Shown piece after piece: positions 54,439-64,000 of a stretch of 64,000 nucleotides of DNA (position 1 is its first letter; every line of letters begins with the position of its first letter). The stretch is from Histomonas meleagridis 2922-C6/04-290x (taxonomy: Eukaryota; Protista; Parabasalia): positions 186,001 through 250,000 of the forward strand of contig JAANOX010000241.1 of the NCBI GenBank assembly GCA_020184695.1, in the 5' to 3' direction. Below the pieces are notes generated by a model. It made no database searches and was not told the DNA's origin. It saw only the letters and a list, made by a program, of their open reading frames with translations. A program made the position numbers and the translations under genes.

Positions 54439-55056
54439 ATGGAAAATTTGCAGGAAAAGAAGGAACCATCTCATTGGGAGCTCCTTTCCCCGGATGACCA
54501 ACATGTTTACCAACAAATTTATAAGGTAATTTCTGCTCCAACAAATAGAAACAAAAGAAATAAGAAAGTTGATGATTTTAAAGATATTATAGATGCAATA
54601 GAATTATTTGAAAACTCTGATGAAGAAGGAAAGTGGAAACGTTGCCTTGTTTGTGGAATTTGTAAAGTTTCAAACGGAATTGCTATCAATATCTCTCAAT
54701 TTAAAAAACTAATTTTGAAATGTAAATCATCAATAAATGGCTCTCTGAAGTCATTAGGATACACAAAGCTTCTCTCAAAGCCATCACTTTGCCCAGAATT
54801 ACTTGAAATAATTCCATATCTAAAATCTAATCCAAATGAGCTTAGACAATGGACAGTGAGGATGAAACTGGATAGCAAAGTCGGTGAAGAAGATAGGCTT
54901 ATGGAAATATCTCCACCTCAAGTCGAAGATAATTTCGATTTATTCAATACAAACGAGCTTAGAGTATCAAATATCCAAATCGGAACAGATTCTCTTTCAA
55001 ATTGGGACGGATTTCCTACAAAGGATCTTTATGATTTTTCATTCGAATTTTTTTAA
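54439..55056 (+). CDS. Initiator-binding-domain (IBD, IBP39-family) protein
   Basis: WELLSPDDQ..Y, WKRCLVCGI, IAINISQFKKLILKCKSSINGSLKSLGY and ELRQWTVR. An Inr-like TCATATTTT precedes ATG 54439. Confidence 0.88.
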   Translation: MENLQEKKEPSHWELLSPDDQHVYQQIYKVISAPTNRNKRNKKVDDFKDIIDAIELFENSDEEGKWKRCLVCGICKVSNGIAINISQFKKLILKCKSSINGSLKSLGYTKLLSKPSLCPELLEIIPYLKSNPNELRQWTVRMKLDSKVGEEDRLMEISPPQVEDNFDLFNTNELRVSNIQIGTDSLSNWDGFPTKDLYDFSFEFF

Positions 55057-55561
55057 GTTCAATTTATTCTTTCACACTAATAAATAAAACTATCCCTTTT
55101 TAATGTTTAGAATATAATTAATTTTGTTCTAAAATATGATAAAATTGTAAGTTTTACTTTCCAAATCTTTTGCTTTCGATTAAAAATTGAGTTAAACTGG
55201 ACCTTCCTTAATCAAGCTAGTCAGCAACTTCTGTCTGGCCATTCAAAAATGCATACATAGATGCTGTATCAAATATTTTAAATCCAAATATTATACTGAA
55301 AATTGATTTTTAAATAAAATGTCTAGAGAAACTTATTGTGAAATATCATTTATTTAGTTATAACCTTGATAAAAAAATTTTTAAGCAGTTAAATTTTATG
55401 TTACTCTGATGTATTTTTGCAAAGATAGGGAAGAAACTGTAATTTTGATGGGAGGTCAAATCAAAATGTGTCAAAAAAGTATTCTTTTGAATTTGATGTA
55501 AAATGTTCAATTTATTCAATATTTAGTTGGCCGATCACTTATAGCTCCACTTCATTTATTG

Positions 55562-56518
55562 ATGGAAAAAGTAATCAACGGAATTCCACTTGATTTCATT
55601 AAAAGTTGCTTCCAAATATCTGATGCTGGTTTTGACTTGCGTGAGCTTCCATTAGGTCTCCAAAAAATAATCACTCGCGGAGGTGGAGAAACAGAAATGC
55701 CATTATTTTTCTTAGCTAACGGGTATAAAAACGACCTTTTCATTGTTGTTCGTGGAGCAACCGAAGCTCATGACTTTGTTCGATGTCTTAATTTTGGACG
55801 AACAAAATTCCTTGATGGAGAAGTTCATGAAGGAGTTTTAGCCGCAGCACGTTGGATCATTGCACAGAGTCGTGAATATATAGATGAATGCAAAGGACGT
55901 ATTATTGTTGTTGGACATTCATTAGGAGGTGCAACATCTTCAATGATTGCAGCAGTTCTCCGCTTAGAAGAGAAGAAGGAAAATGTTATTGCTATCACAG
56001 CCGCTTCTTTCCCAATTTTCAGTGCAAATATCAAAAAATTAACCGAACCGTTCATTACATCTTTTGTATTTAACAACGATGTTGTCCCTCTTCTCACGCA
56101 AACAAATCTTCAAATGATTATTCAGTTCATGGTAGCTACAACAGGAAATCTTGGACAAAGCGTTGGAGGAATCATTCAAATGCTTCAAACGATATTGCTT
56201 CAAAGAGGAGTTCAAGACCAAACAATTATTGCAAAGCTTTATGAGGTTGTTCCTGGCATCGTTGCTAAGATAATGTCGAGTCCAGTGACAGAGAACTTTT
56301 TGTGTCCGGGAACGGTTTTAAACGTCGTCAGGTGCACCCCGGGACAGGACGTTTTCACTATCGTTCCATTTGTTGAGGGAAAGCCAATGGCGAATCTCCT
56401 CCTGATAATGACCGGAGTTGCAGATCACAACTTGCAACTTCTCATCGGTGCTATAGAATCAATTTTGGCTACTCCATCACAGCCAACAGGACCAACAGAA
56501 GTTGATGATCTCGATTAA
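55562..56518 (+). CDS. Class 3 lipase
   Basis: IVVRGATEAHD, VHEGVL, VGHSLGGA nucleophile elbow, FNNDVVP and a late His (ADHNL). Confidence 0.9.
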   Translation: MEKVINGIPLDFIKSCFQISDAGFDLRELPLGLQKIITRGGGETEMPLFFLANGYKNDLFIVVRGATEAHDFVRCLNFGRTKFLDGEVHEGVLAAARWIIAQSREYIDECKGRIIVVGHSLGGATSSMIAAVLRLEEKKENVIAITAASFPIFSANIKKLTEPFITSFVFNNDVVPLLTQTNLQMIIQFMVATTGNLGQSVGGIIQMLQTILLQRGVQDQTIIAKLYEVVPGIVAKIMSSPVTENFLCPGTVLNVVRCTPGQDVFTIVPFVEGKPMANLLLIMTGVADHNLQLLIGAIESILATPSQPTGPTEVDDLD

Positions 56519-56639
56519 ACAATATTCATAAAGATCAAATTAAGTTTTAAAAGCAAACGAATTGATTCATTTCAAAGACTCAAATTAAGGATAAATGAAA
56601 TAATATATCAATTCAAAATATATCTTGTAATTAGTAATT

Positions 56640-58754
56640 TTATTCATTTATCTTCTCGTAAAATAACAAATACGGATTTTTCTGTGCAAAAACTCTTTCC
56701 TTATCAACTTTTTCGAATATGCTATCACTAAATCTATACCAGTTTCCAGTTTCCTTGTGCCTTGTGTACGCCATATAATGTCCGGAATGCAATGACTGGC
56801 CAACGTGGTAGACAAATCCGATTAATCTATAGCGTGCATTTTCGATTGAGTAATCGTACATGTTAAGTTCTTCTGGAAAGCTGACATTTACTTTTCTCTT
56901 GAACGAGATAGCTCCTTTATTCTCGAACAAGTCTACTTGGAAAATCAATACATTCGGAAGCCGATAGAAAGTTGCCAATGCAGTTGACTTATCACCTCCA
57001 CATGATTGGCAATGTCTACCTATACCACCACTGTGGATAAATTCGCCCAAATAATGGGCGAGTGGAAGTGCTTCTTCTGAATTGATTGGGAACAACGATA
57101 GACTCTCCGTCGGTTGTAGGCGAACGTTAACTACATTACAAAAAGTGCTAAGGTGAGGTGAATCAAGTGAACTGAGATGTAACTTTTCGAAGCTGAACTG
57201 ATGCTCTTTGGTGTCAGAAGGCCAAAGACGATTAGAGATAGATTGCTTAGTAGGCTCTTGATTAGTACCAAGATCAATGAGAACAGGTGGCCATGATATT
57301 CCGCGCATGCCCTGGGGATAAAGAAAGGCACAAATGGAAGCATTGGGTGGGATTTCATAGATAAGAAGGTCGTCGCTTGAATTTAGCTGTTGATTTGGTT
57401 GGAAGATCTCATATGGAAATGGACTGGTCGTATTATGAGAGCTAACAAGGATGATGAATTCGCTATATGTGTTGAGTAAATTGTGAAGTTGATCTTGATA
57501 TGTCATTTCTGGGTTATCGCTTTGAAGATATAAAGTTTTGGATTGACTATTGCGATCATATGGTATATAAATGGCCTTCTGCTTGGGGTCGTTGTTGGTT
57601 GGGGAGAGGTTGATGGTCAAAAATGGATCAAAAACGGTTTCTGAATTTCCACAATTAGAACATGTGAAACATTTCCCTACAAGTCCATGGAATATCTTGA
57701 AGAATGGTGAAATGTTGACAGACAGTATAGATTTCCAATTTTGTTTTGCAATTAGGTTATCATTTTGACCGTTACCACGTATTGGCTTATAAGGGTCTTT
57801 AGTATCATTCAATTCAGTGTTGATTCTGTCGATGAGGATCGTCAGGAATTCATGTGCATCTTGTTGTTGGCATGTTGAAAAGATTGGCGAATATTTGCCG
57901 ATGCAGGCCTTAACGTTCTTCCTGAGTTGTTGAATATTTAAACCGTTGCCCCAAACCGCCAAAATTAAGTCTGACAATGCCTTCGCTAAGTGCTGCGATG
58001 TCTTTAGCTCTCCCTTAACAAAGAAATCGTATAGGTCTCGGATCTGGAAAATGCACTGAAGAACAGAATTCATATAACATGAGTTTTCGAAGTTTTCAAG
58101 GCCTGTAATGCCTTTAGCGATTGCTGTTGTTTGATGTATTTGTGTTTGTGGAGCTCCTGTTTGTGTTTGTAGAAGAGGTTCAAGTAGTAACTCATGATTA
58201 CAAAAGAAACCTATGTTTTTAACAACTTCATCATCATTGATAATATCTCCAATTTGTCCAGAATAATAATTGAAAAATTCAAATTTCATATCTTTTGGTA
58301 AATTAAATGCTTTCCTGGCAAGGCGCTTTAGATCTTCTATTGTTTTCAGATTTGAAATAAAAATTGTTTTAATGATTTCATTTCCATTTTTTTCAAAGTA
58401 AATTTTTAGTGGAACTTGATAAAGTGCAGGCTCTGCTTTTGGATTTTTTGGATCAGACTTTATTAGTTCTATTTCTATATCAGGTTCTCCATAATAATGC
58501 TCCTTAATTTTTTCCCAAATTTCTTTTTTTACAAGGATAAAATCTTGGGGCATCCTCGCTTTTAGAGAAACGAATCCATTACTATCAATGATATGATAAT
58601 TATCAACTGGAAAATTAAAATCTTTTCCATTTTTTATAGATTGCTTTAGTTTAAATAACCATTTGTTTGATATAGCATAGCATGTGCTTTCATCTGTATT
58701 ATTAAGGTCTATTATCCCATCTTCGATTAATGCCAGTTGTTTTTCCAGTTCCAT
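56640..58754 (-). CDS. Ubiquitin-specific protease (C19) with DUSP and UBL-like N-terminus (USP4/11/15-like)
   Basis: Cys box GLENFENSCYMNSVLQC, QQDAHEFL and His box YHVGQSLHSGHYMAY...WYRFSDS. Confidence 0.92.
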   Translation of the reverse strand: MELEKQLALIEDGIIDLNNTDESTCYAISNKWLFKLKQSIKNGKDFNFPVDNYHIIDSNGFVSLKARMPQDFILVKKEIWEKIKEHYYGEPDIEIELIKSDPKNPKAEPALYQVPLKIYFEKNGNEIIKTIFISNLKTIEDLKRLARKAFNLPKDMKFEFFNYYSGQIGDIINDDEVVKNIGFFCNHELLLEPLLQTQTGAPQTQIHQTTAIAKGITGLENFENSCYMNSVLQCIFQIRDLYDFFVKGELKTSQHLAKALSDLILAVWGNGLNIQQLRKNVKACIGKYSPIFSTCQQQDAHEFLTILIDRINTELNDTKDPYKPIRGNGQNDNLIAKQNWKSILSVNISPFFKIFHGLVGKCFTCSNCGNSETVFDPFLTINLSPTNNDPKQKAIYIPYDRNSQSKTLYLQSDNPEMTYQDQLHNLLNTYSEFIILVSSHNTTSPFPYEIFQPNQQLNSSDDLLIYEIPPNASICAFLYPQGMRGISWPPVLIDLGTNQEPTKQSISNRLWPSDTKEHQFSFEKLHLSSLDSPHLSTFCNVVNVRLQPTESLSLFPINSEEALPLAHYLGEFIHSGGIGRHCQSCGGDKSTALATFYRLPNVLIFQVDLFENKGAISFKRKVNVSFPEELNMYDYSIENARYRLIGFVYHVGQSLHSGHYMAYTRHKETGNWYRFSDSIFEKVDKERVFAQKNPYLLFYEKINE

Positions 58755-58916
58755 TAAAATGACATGCCACTTTTTACTTAAGTAAATTGTGCCAAATCAA
58801 AAATTTTTGTCGATTACTTGAATCGACAAAGTTTGTTCGAATAGTTTATTATCTATCGTACTTGATCGTTTTGTATTCAAATGTCATCCATTTGAAATTA
58901 TAAACGTCATTTTAAC

Positions 58917-60215
58917 ATGAATATTGAAGGTGACTCTACTTTCAAAGAGTCAAGCTTTGATGAGGATATAGTCAAAGGACTTAGTGAAATAGGAATAAAA
59001 TTAAGTGATTCTGATTTTGAGATTGGGAAAAATAATGATGATCAAAAAACAGATAACAAAAAAGAAACAAAACCAAAAACAACACCAAAGGCTGAAAATA
59101 AAAAATCGACAACCCCAAGGAGGAGCGCTCAAAAAAGGCGACTTCCACAAGTTAAACCAATATCAATTTCACAATTACTTGATCAAAGTTCAGATTTAAA
59201 ACCAACCCCACCTGAACCTAAACCCATAATTTTACCTTCCAGAGAGGAAGAAAAACCGACTAAACCAGTAAAACAAGTTCAAGAAGAAGTTAAAATTGAA
59301 GAAACTCCAATACAAAAATCTTTTTCTCAAGAATCATCACTTGAATCACGAATCAATGGATATTTTACCCAAGCCACCCGGAAGCTTATTTATGAAGTAA
59401 CAAATGAAATCACTAATCTCCTCCAAAAAATGCCAATTAGTGATGATCACATTCAAGATTATATATCAGATATTCGACAAAACATCAAACAAATTATTAC
59501 AATTGAAGTCCCAAAATGTAATATTAATTTTATTTCGAATATATTTGATCAATTTTCAAATGATTATCAAGAAATGTTTTTCCAAGTCAACAAAATTAAT
59601 CAAAAGACAAATATAAATGAAGAAGACACATTACAAGATACAAGTTCTTTTATTTCTTCTCGAATATCATCTGTTCGTGAACAACTTCATTCATCTCTTC
59701 AAACATTAAATGAAGAAATAAATGAAAACTATAAAATAAAAAGTCAATTCTTTACAAATAAAAATAAAAAAGAAAAAGAAATTTCTTCTTTAATGAAAAA
59801 ACTTTCGATTTTGGAATCTAATGAAATAATACTTCGAAATGAATCGAATCTTCTTGAAACAAAATTTAGTCGAATGGATTCAAGTGATAGCATAAATAAT
59901 TATAATGAAAACTCAAAAGAAAATACTTCTAAACAACTTAGAGCGTTGATTGAAGAGTTTTCGGAATATTTAAATCCTTCATATTCTCAAACAACTTATA
60001 GAGATTGGTTAAATTCTGTTTTTGATGTAAGAGATGAAATTTCGATGATTAGGCAAAATTATGAATTCAAATTAAGACAGATTTATATGAATTTAAATAC
60101 AGGGAATAGTTATTATAGGAACCAGCAAAGAATGATTTTGCCAAGAAGAAGATTCGATAAAACTGAGGCAACGATGAACTTCTCAAGCAGCATTGAAAAA
60201 CCGTTCCCGATTTGA
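58917..60215 (+). CDS. Hypothetical protein (K/P/T-rich disordered N-terminus, coiled-coil C-terminus)
   Basis: 432-aa ORF. No family recognised. Confidence 0.7.
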   Translation: MNIEGDSTFKESSFDEDIVKGLSEIGIKLSDSDFEIGKNNDDQKTDNKKETKPKTTPKAENKKSTTPRRSAQKRRLPQVKPISISQLLDQSSDLKPTPPEPKPIILPSREEEKPTKPVKQVQEEVKIEETPIQKSFSQESSLESRINGYFTQATRKLIYEVTNEITNLLQKMPISDDHIQDYISDIRQNIKQIITIEVPKCNINFISNIFDQFSNDYQEMFFQVNKINQKTNINEEDTLQDTSSFISSRISSVREQLHSSLQTLNEEINENYKIKSQFFTNKNKKEKEISSLMKKLSILESNEIILRNESNLLETKFSRMDSSDSINNYNENSKENTSKQLRALIEEFSEYLNPSYSQTTYRDWLNSVFDVRDEISMIRQNYEFKLRQIYMNLNTGNSYYRNQQRMILPRRRFDKTEATMNFSSSIEKPFPI

Positions 60216-61515
60216 ATACATTCAAAATAACCGATTTTTTAATTCAATAACGCGAAATCAATTTTTTCAATTGTTTACACTTAAGTAAACGGTGTCTTCA
60301 AGGTGGGTTTCTGATTTGAATAATTATATCAAAGAGGCACAAGATAATTTAACAAAGGTCGTGCACTTGAAAAGTTGTGACATAAAGCAAAATTTTGGTA
60401 TTTGATTACAAAAATAGTCAAATCAATACCATTTTATGGCTATAGAGATCAGTGGTTTGCAGTTCATTGTATTAGCTAACGTTGATCAATTGCAGAACTC
60501 AGAGATTAACACATTAAATTAGTAATTCTCAAAGATGATGAATCTGGCGAAAAGTTTGGGTCACAATGCATTCACAACAATATTAATTTACAAAGATTGA
60601 AGTTAATATCTGAACAGTATTTGGATATTAGTTAAATTATTGGAAACTGCACTTATAAAATCATCTCAAAACGGTAAAATAGAATTTGTTGCCCAAAAAA
60701 GATATGGAAATTAATTTCATTCTCATCTTGTTTTTAAAAACTATTACATAAATAAACCACAATGAAGAGTGTTATGTATATATTTTTTGTATTCGAATTT
60801 AATATATATATATAGAGAGAGAGGAATAGAAAAGCCCTGTAAAGCTTCGACAGAAGGGGCTCATTAGTAAATCATATATAGATAACATTAAATGAATTTT
60901 ATTATGGTATCAACTTTGATTTTAAAGAGTTTTTCAAAATTAATTAAGATTATAAAAATGGATAATTTTTGAATTTAAAACACAATGTTTAATATAGATT
61001 TATTCTCAAAAATATAAATTAACTTCGAAGTCTCTTGGTATAATATCTTAATAAAATTATTAGAAATTATAAGAATTTTCGATCCAGACATCGATAGGTT
61101 CAATTCATTCAAATCTGAAAGCGCCATTCATCCAGAAAAAAATTTATTTTAATATTTTTGAAATATCATAAAATTAGGAAAGAATTCAAATTATTTAAAA
61201 TAGTACTTATGCATGCAGCAAAAAATATTGCAGTGACATAGCTACAATCTTTCTTAAACATAAAAAAATGATTTCGATGCAAGAAATATTTTTTTTTTTG
61301 ATCTGATATTCCAAAATATTTTAATAGAATATTATAATATGCATCATAAAACTTTCCAAAAATATTTGTTTTGTTTTTTCACTCTAGAATCAAATATATA
61401 TTGGTTGTAAATTTTTAATATCTTTATTATGCTTAAGCATAATAAGAGATTAAACTCAGGGATTATTTTTAAAATTTCACTTAAAATATTCGTTTATTAA
61501 ACACTTGAACGGTAT

Positions 61516-62175
61516 CTATGGCCCTGCTTCATCCAAGTCCAAATCAGTTTCTGCATCAGGAAGAGAAAATGCAAATAATGTATTTTGACTTTTTTCATTG
61601 ATCGAATTGTTGGTGGCTTGAGGTTTCACCTTATTATCAGCAAATGCTTTATTTATGTCTGGGAATAAAGTGGAAATTGGTTCGAAATTTTCATCTGATA
61701 CTTTTTTCACTAATAAAGATGAGTCAATATATCGCTTATTTAGAAGCCAGTTTCTCATTGTGCTAGATGAATATGGGCCAACAATATGATCCATCGGATC
61801 CTTGTAATACCATTGTAAATCTTCTTCGATCGGTTCATTTTGTGAAAATTCGGTATGAGAATCATTTCCCTTCCTATTCCTGTTTGGTCTATTCGTTCTT
61901 CGTGATGTTTTTCCTGAAGTGTTTAAATATATTGTTGAATTAATTTCAGATTTTGGAGGCGTGAAGGTAGCACATTCTGGTGCCTGTGGCTTACTCACAA
62001 AAACGTTTTCGAAATGAGTAATTTCTGGTGGTGGAGGATAATTTTTTGAAGCTTCATAATAACTTAGTATTTGTGGGATGGTATAAAGATATTTATTTGG
62101 TTCTCCTGAGTCAGATGATACATCACTATCATTTGATTCATCATCATCTCGGAGGACTGAAAATTTGCTGTTCAT
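61516..62175 (-). CDS. GYF-domain protein
   Basis: WYYKDPMDHIVGPYSSSTMRNWLLNKRYI is a GYF signature. N-terminal YTIPQILSYY. Confidence 0.85.
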   Translation of the reverse strand: MNSKFSVLRDDDESNDSDVSSDSGEPNKYLYTIPQILSYYEASKNYPPPPEITHFENVFVSKPQAPECATFTPPKSEINSTIYLNTSGKTSRRTNRPNRNRKGNDSHTEFSQNEPIEEDLQWYYKDPMDHIVGPYSSSTMRNWLLNKRYIDSSLLVKKVSDENFEPISTLFPDINKAFADNKVKPQATNNSINEKSQNTLFAFSLPDAETDLDLDEAGP

Positions 62176-62228
62176 TTAATGTCGACGTGACATATTTATT
62201 TTCTTTCAATTTATATGCCATTTTTCAA

Positions 62229-62588
62229 ATGCAAAGGCCTGGTCCTCTTTTTTCAGCAGATTTTTACAGAGATATTGCCCATAAGATGGACCCAGAGCAA
62301 GAATTTAGTCCAGAGGCAATTTCGTTTTTAAATGAAATTTCAGATAATTTTTATGATACAATATTAACTGAGATTATTCAATACTCGAAAGGTAAAGTTG
62401 GTAAAGGTACAAGGGATCAAATAGAAATAACAGAAGAAGACGTTCAATTTATTGTTGAGAAATTTACTGGAATTTCACTTCGAAGTCGATTATCACAAAC
62501 AGAGCCAACAATATTTAAACCCACTGCTGAATACCAAGAAAAACTTGCTGCCGTTAGAGCCCATGCTGTGAGTCAAAATGAAGACTAA
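62229..62588 (+). CDS. TAF12: TFIID subunit TAF12-like histone-fold protein
   Basis: IAHKMDPEQEFSPEAISFLNEISDNFYDTIL...IEITEEDVQFIVEK...PTAEYQEKLAAVR. ATG at 62229. Confidence 0.7.
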   Translation: MQRPGPLFSADFYRDIAHKMDPEQEFSPEAISFLNEISDNFYDTILTEIIQYSKGKVGKGTRDQIEITEEDVQFIVEKFTGISLRSRLSQTEPTIFKPTAEYQEKLAAVRAHAVSQNED

Positions 62589-62902
62589 TTTTAGAATAAA
62601 TGGTTTTATTATATATTATTGCCTCAATAAAAAATTACTTGTTTAATAATGTTAACATTTTAAATATCAAAAGTCTCATATTTTGACAAATAATTAAATT
62701 GGACTATCTACAAAATCATATGAAAAAAATTTAGTTAAAATGCAAAATGCCTAAGTGGTTTTTTAATTTTGTAATTTTATGACTTACATATTTGTTAACT
62801 TTCAAATTAAAGGTGTTAAGCAAATGATAAAGCTTAAATATATTTTTTGTCATATATAATTGAATGAAAAATAATATGTCAAATACGTTTAAGAGCAAAG
62901 AA

Positions 62903-64000
62903 ATGCAAACAACAGATAACAGGTTCGGCTGGTCAATTCATAGGACACTTGATCCAATTGGCCTGTTGAAAGTTCGAGTTACACTAAGCAGGGATCGTCA
63001 AATCCATAATGAAATTGATAATTCGAATGATAAATCTGATAACGAAGATGAATCAAGTAGTGACTCAAGTAAAAGCAATTCAAGCAAAAGCAACACGAAC
63101 AAAAGTAATTCAAGCAAGAATAACTCTAATAAAAGTGAATCTTCACATGAAAAGCCAAACATTAATGGAGAAACTATCACAAGAGTAATTTCATGGCAGG
63201 AAAAAATTTTTGCACCGAACGAAGATCCAGATCACCAAGGGGAAGTGATTTTTACAAAAATTTCTGAAGATCATTACATTGATCCATCTGAAATCGACAA
63301 GCCATTCAGGAATAACATCGGAGAAAGACCACCAACAGACCTTGCCAATGCTGTTATGGAAGGCACAGGCCCAGAAAGCCTTGTTGAAATTGTTCAAGCC
63401 ACAGTTCAATCGATGCATATTTTTTGTGCTATACAACAAAATGATGGTAGTTATCATATGGAGTTATTATGTATTATACGTGTTTATTCAGGTGGGCGTA
63501 TTGATGTTCGGCCACCATTTTCTAACAAAACTAATCCTGAAACACGATATCATTTTTTTACTCCTTCTAATGAATCAATATATTATTCAGTTGAAGTAAT
63601 TGAGGATAAAATTGAGGATGAGACACCATTTGAGCGCACTTTATTAGCTGATATTAAGAGAAGGAGGGCGATAATTGACGCGGCCCAATCCGAATGTTCA
63701 CTTTCGCAACCGCCGGACCCCCCCGGAACGATACGGATGTTTTACAAATGTGAAATTTCAACGGCCCAAATGTTTGAATCAGATTCCGTAGCTATTGAAT
63801 ATAATATCAAGCTTCCTTCTGGATGGAAATGTGAGGATAGCGCTGCGAATCTTCGAGGTTGTAGTCAATTAGCATTATGTAGACCAGATAATCAAATAGC
63901 ACATATTAACATGCCAATTGATTTTGTAGGCCTATGTCAGTCACAAACAGCTCCAACAATGCAGTTGCTGTTACATAGTTATACAAATTCAAAATCAAGA
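62903..64000 (+). CDS. MKS1: MKS1-like B9/C2-domain ciliary transition-zone protein. Partial, runs off the right edge, not in the ORF track.
   Basis: 366 stop-free codons from ATG 62903: LKVRVTLSR, RVISWQEKIFA, and B9-like RMFYKCEISTAQMFESDSVAIEYNIKLPSGW...LRGCSQ...AHINMPIDF. Confidence 0.75.
   Translation, partial: MQTTDNRFGWSIHRTLDPIGLLKVRVTLSRDRQIHNEIDNSNDKSDNEDESSSDSSKSNSSKSNTNKSNSSKNNSNKSESSHEKPNINGETITRVISWQEKIFAPNEDPDHQGEVIFTKISEDHYIDPSEIDKPFRNNIGERPPTDLANAVMEGTGPESLVEIVQATVQSMHIFCAIQQNDGSYHMELLCIIRVYSGGRIDVRPPFSNKTNPETRYHFFTPSNESIYYSVEVIEDKIEDETPFERTLLADIKRRRAIIDAAQSECSLSQPPDPPGTIRMFYKCEISTAQMFESDSVAIEYNIKLPSGWKCEDSAANLRGCSQLALCRPDNQIAHINMPIDFVGLCQSQTAPTMQLLLHSYTNSKSR

Noticed and set aside
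60216-60720. Slightly GC-richer intergenic stretch that could be a decayed gene or transposon fragment
   Set aside because: All frames I tried contain frequent stops, and I recognised no family motif, terminal inverted repeat or target-site duplication.
8463-63599. Many short ORFs overlapping larger genes (for example 8463-8714, 13125-13601, 26731-27057, 44731-45057, 53365-53679, 63279-63599)
   Set aside because: They are antisense or alternate-frame shadows of well-supported genes, with no independent motifs.

Overview
AT-rich, gene-dense eukaryotic DNA with almost no introns, almost certainly from a parabasalid (trichomonad). The support is an IBP39-type initiator-binding-domain gene, BspA-like LRR surface proteins with a DPFADDF tail, a DUF3447-ankyrin gene, a BTB-F5/8C gene, CCTTT and AACGGTT core-promoter motifs on ribosomal-protein genes, and UAAA signals fused to stop codons. 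A Histomonas- or Tritrichomonas-like genome is my inference only. About 30 intact or repairable protein genes are present, including a TOR-like PIKK, Furry-like, NAA15, two cytosolic Hsp70 copies in inverted orientation, Rpn10, eL6, Asterix-like, TMEM62-like, ORMDL, WD40, Rab, synapsin-like, Vps16, lipase, USP, GYF, TAF12 and MKS1. Several disrupted genes are missing from the ORF track (dyskerin, a bacterial-type NTF2/lumazine-binding gene) or only partly captured by it (uS2/RPSA, three BspA genes). Some frameshifts look like homopolymer assembly errors. The top signal is the ankyrin gene at 24178-26132 (-). It is broken by four U-rich inserts of exactly 17 nt, all at or next to the same point of the ankyrin repeat and none ending in AG. 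Removing all four restores a 628-aa ORF with canonical ankyrin spacing, which points to an unrecognised class of ultra-short non-GT-AG introns or recoding elements. Second is a TOR paralogue whose catalytic DRH loop reads ERN. All assignments come from reading motifs by eye; no database searches were run.
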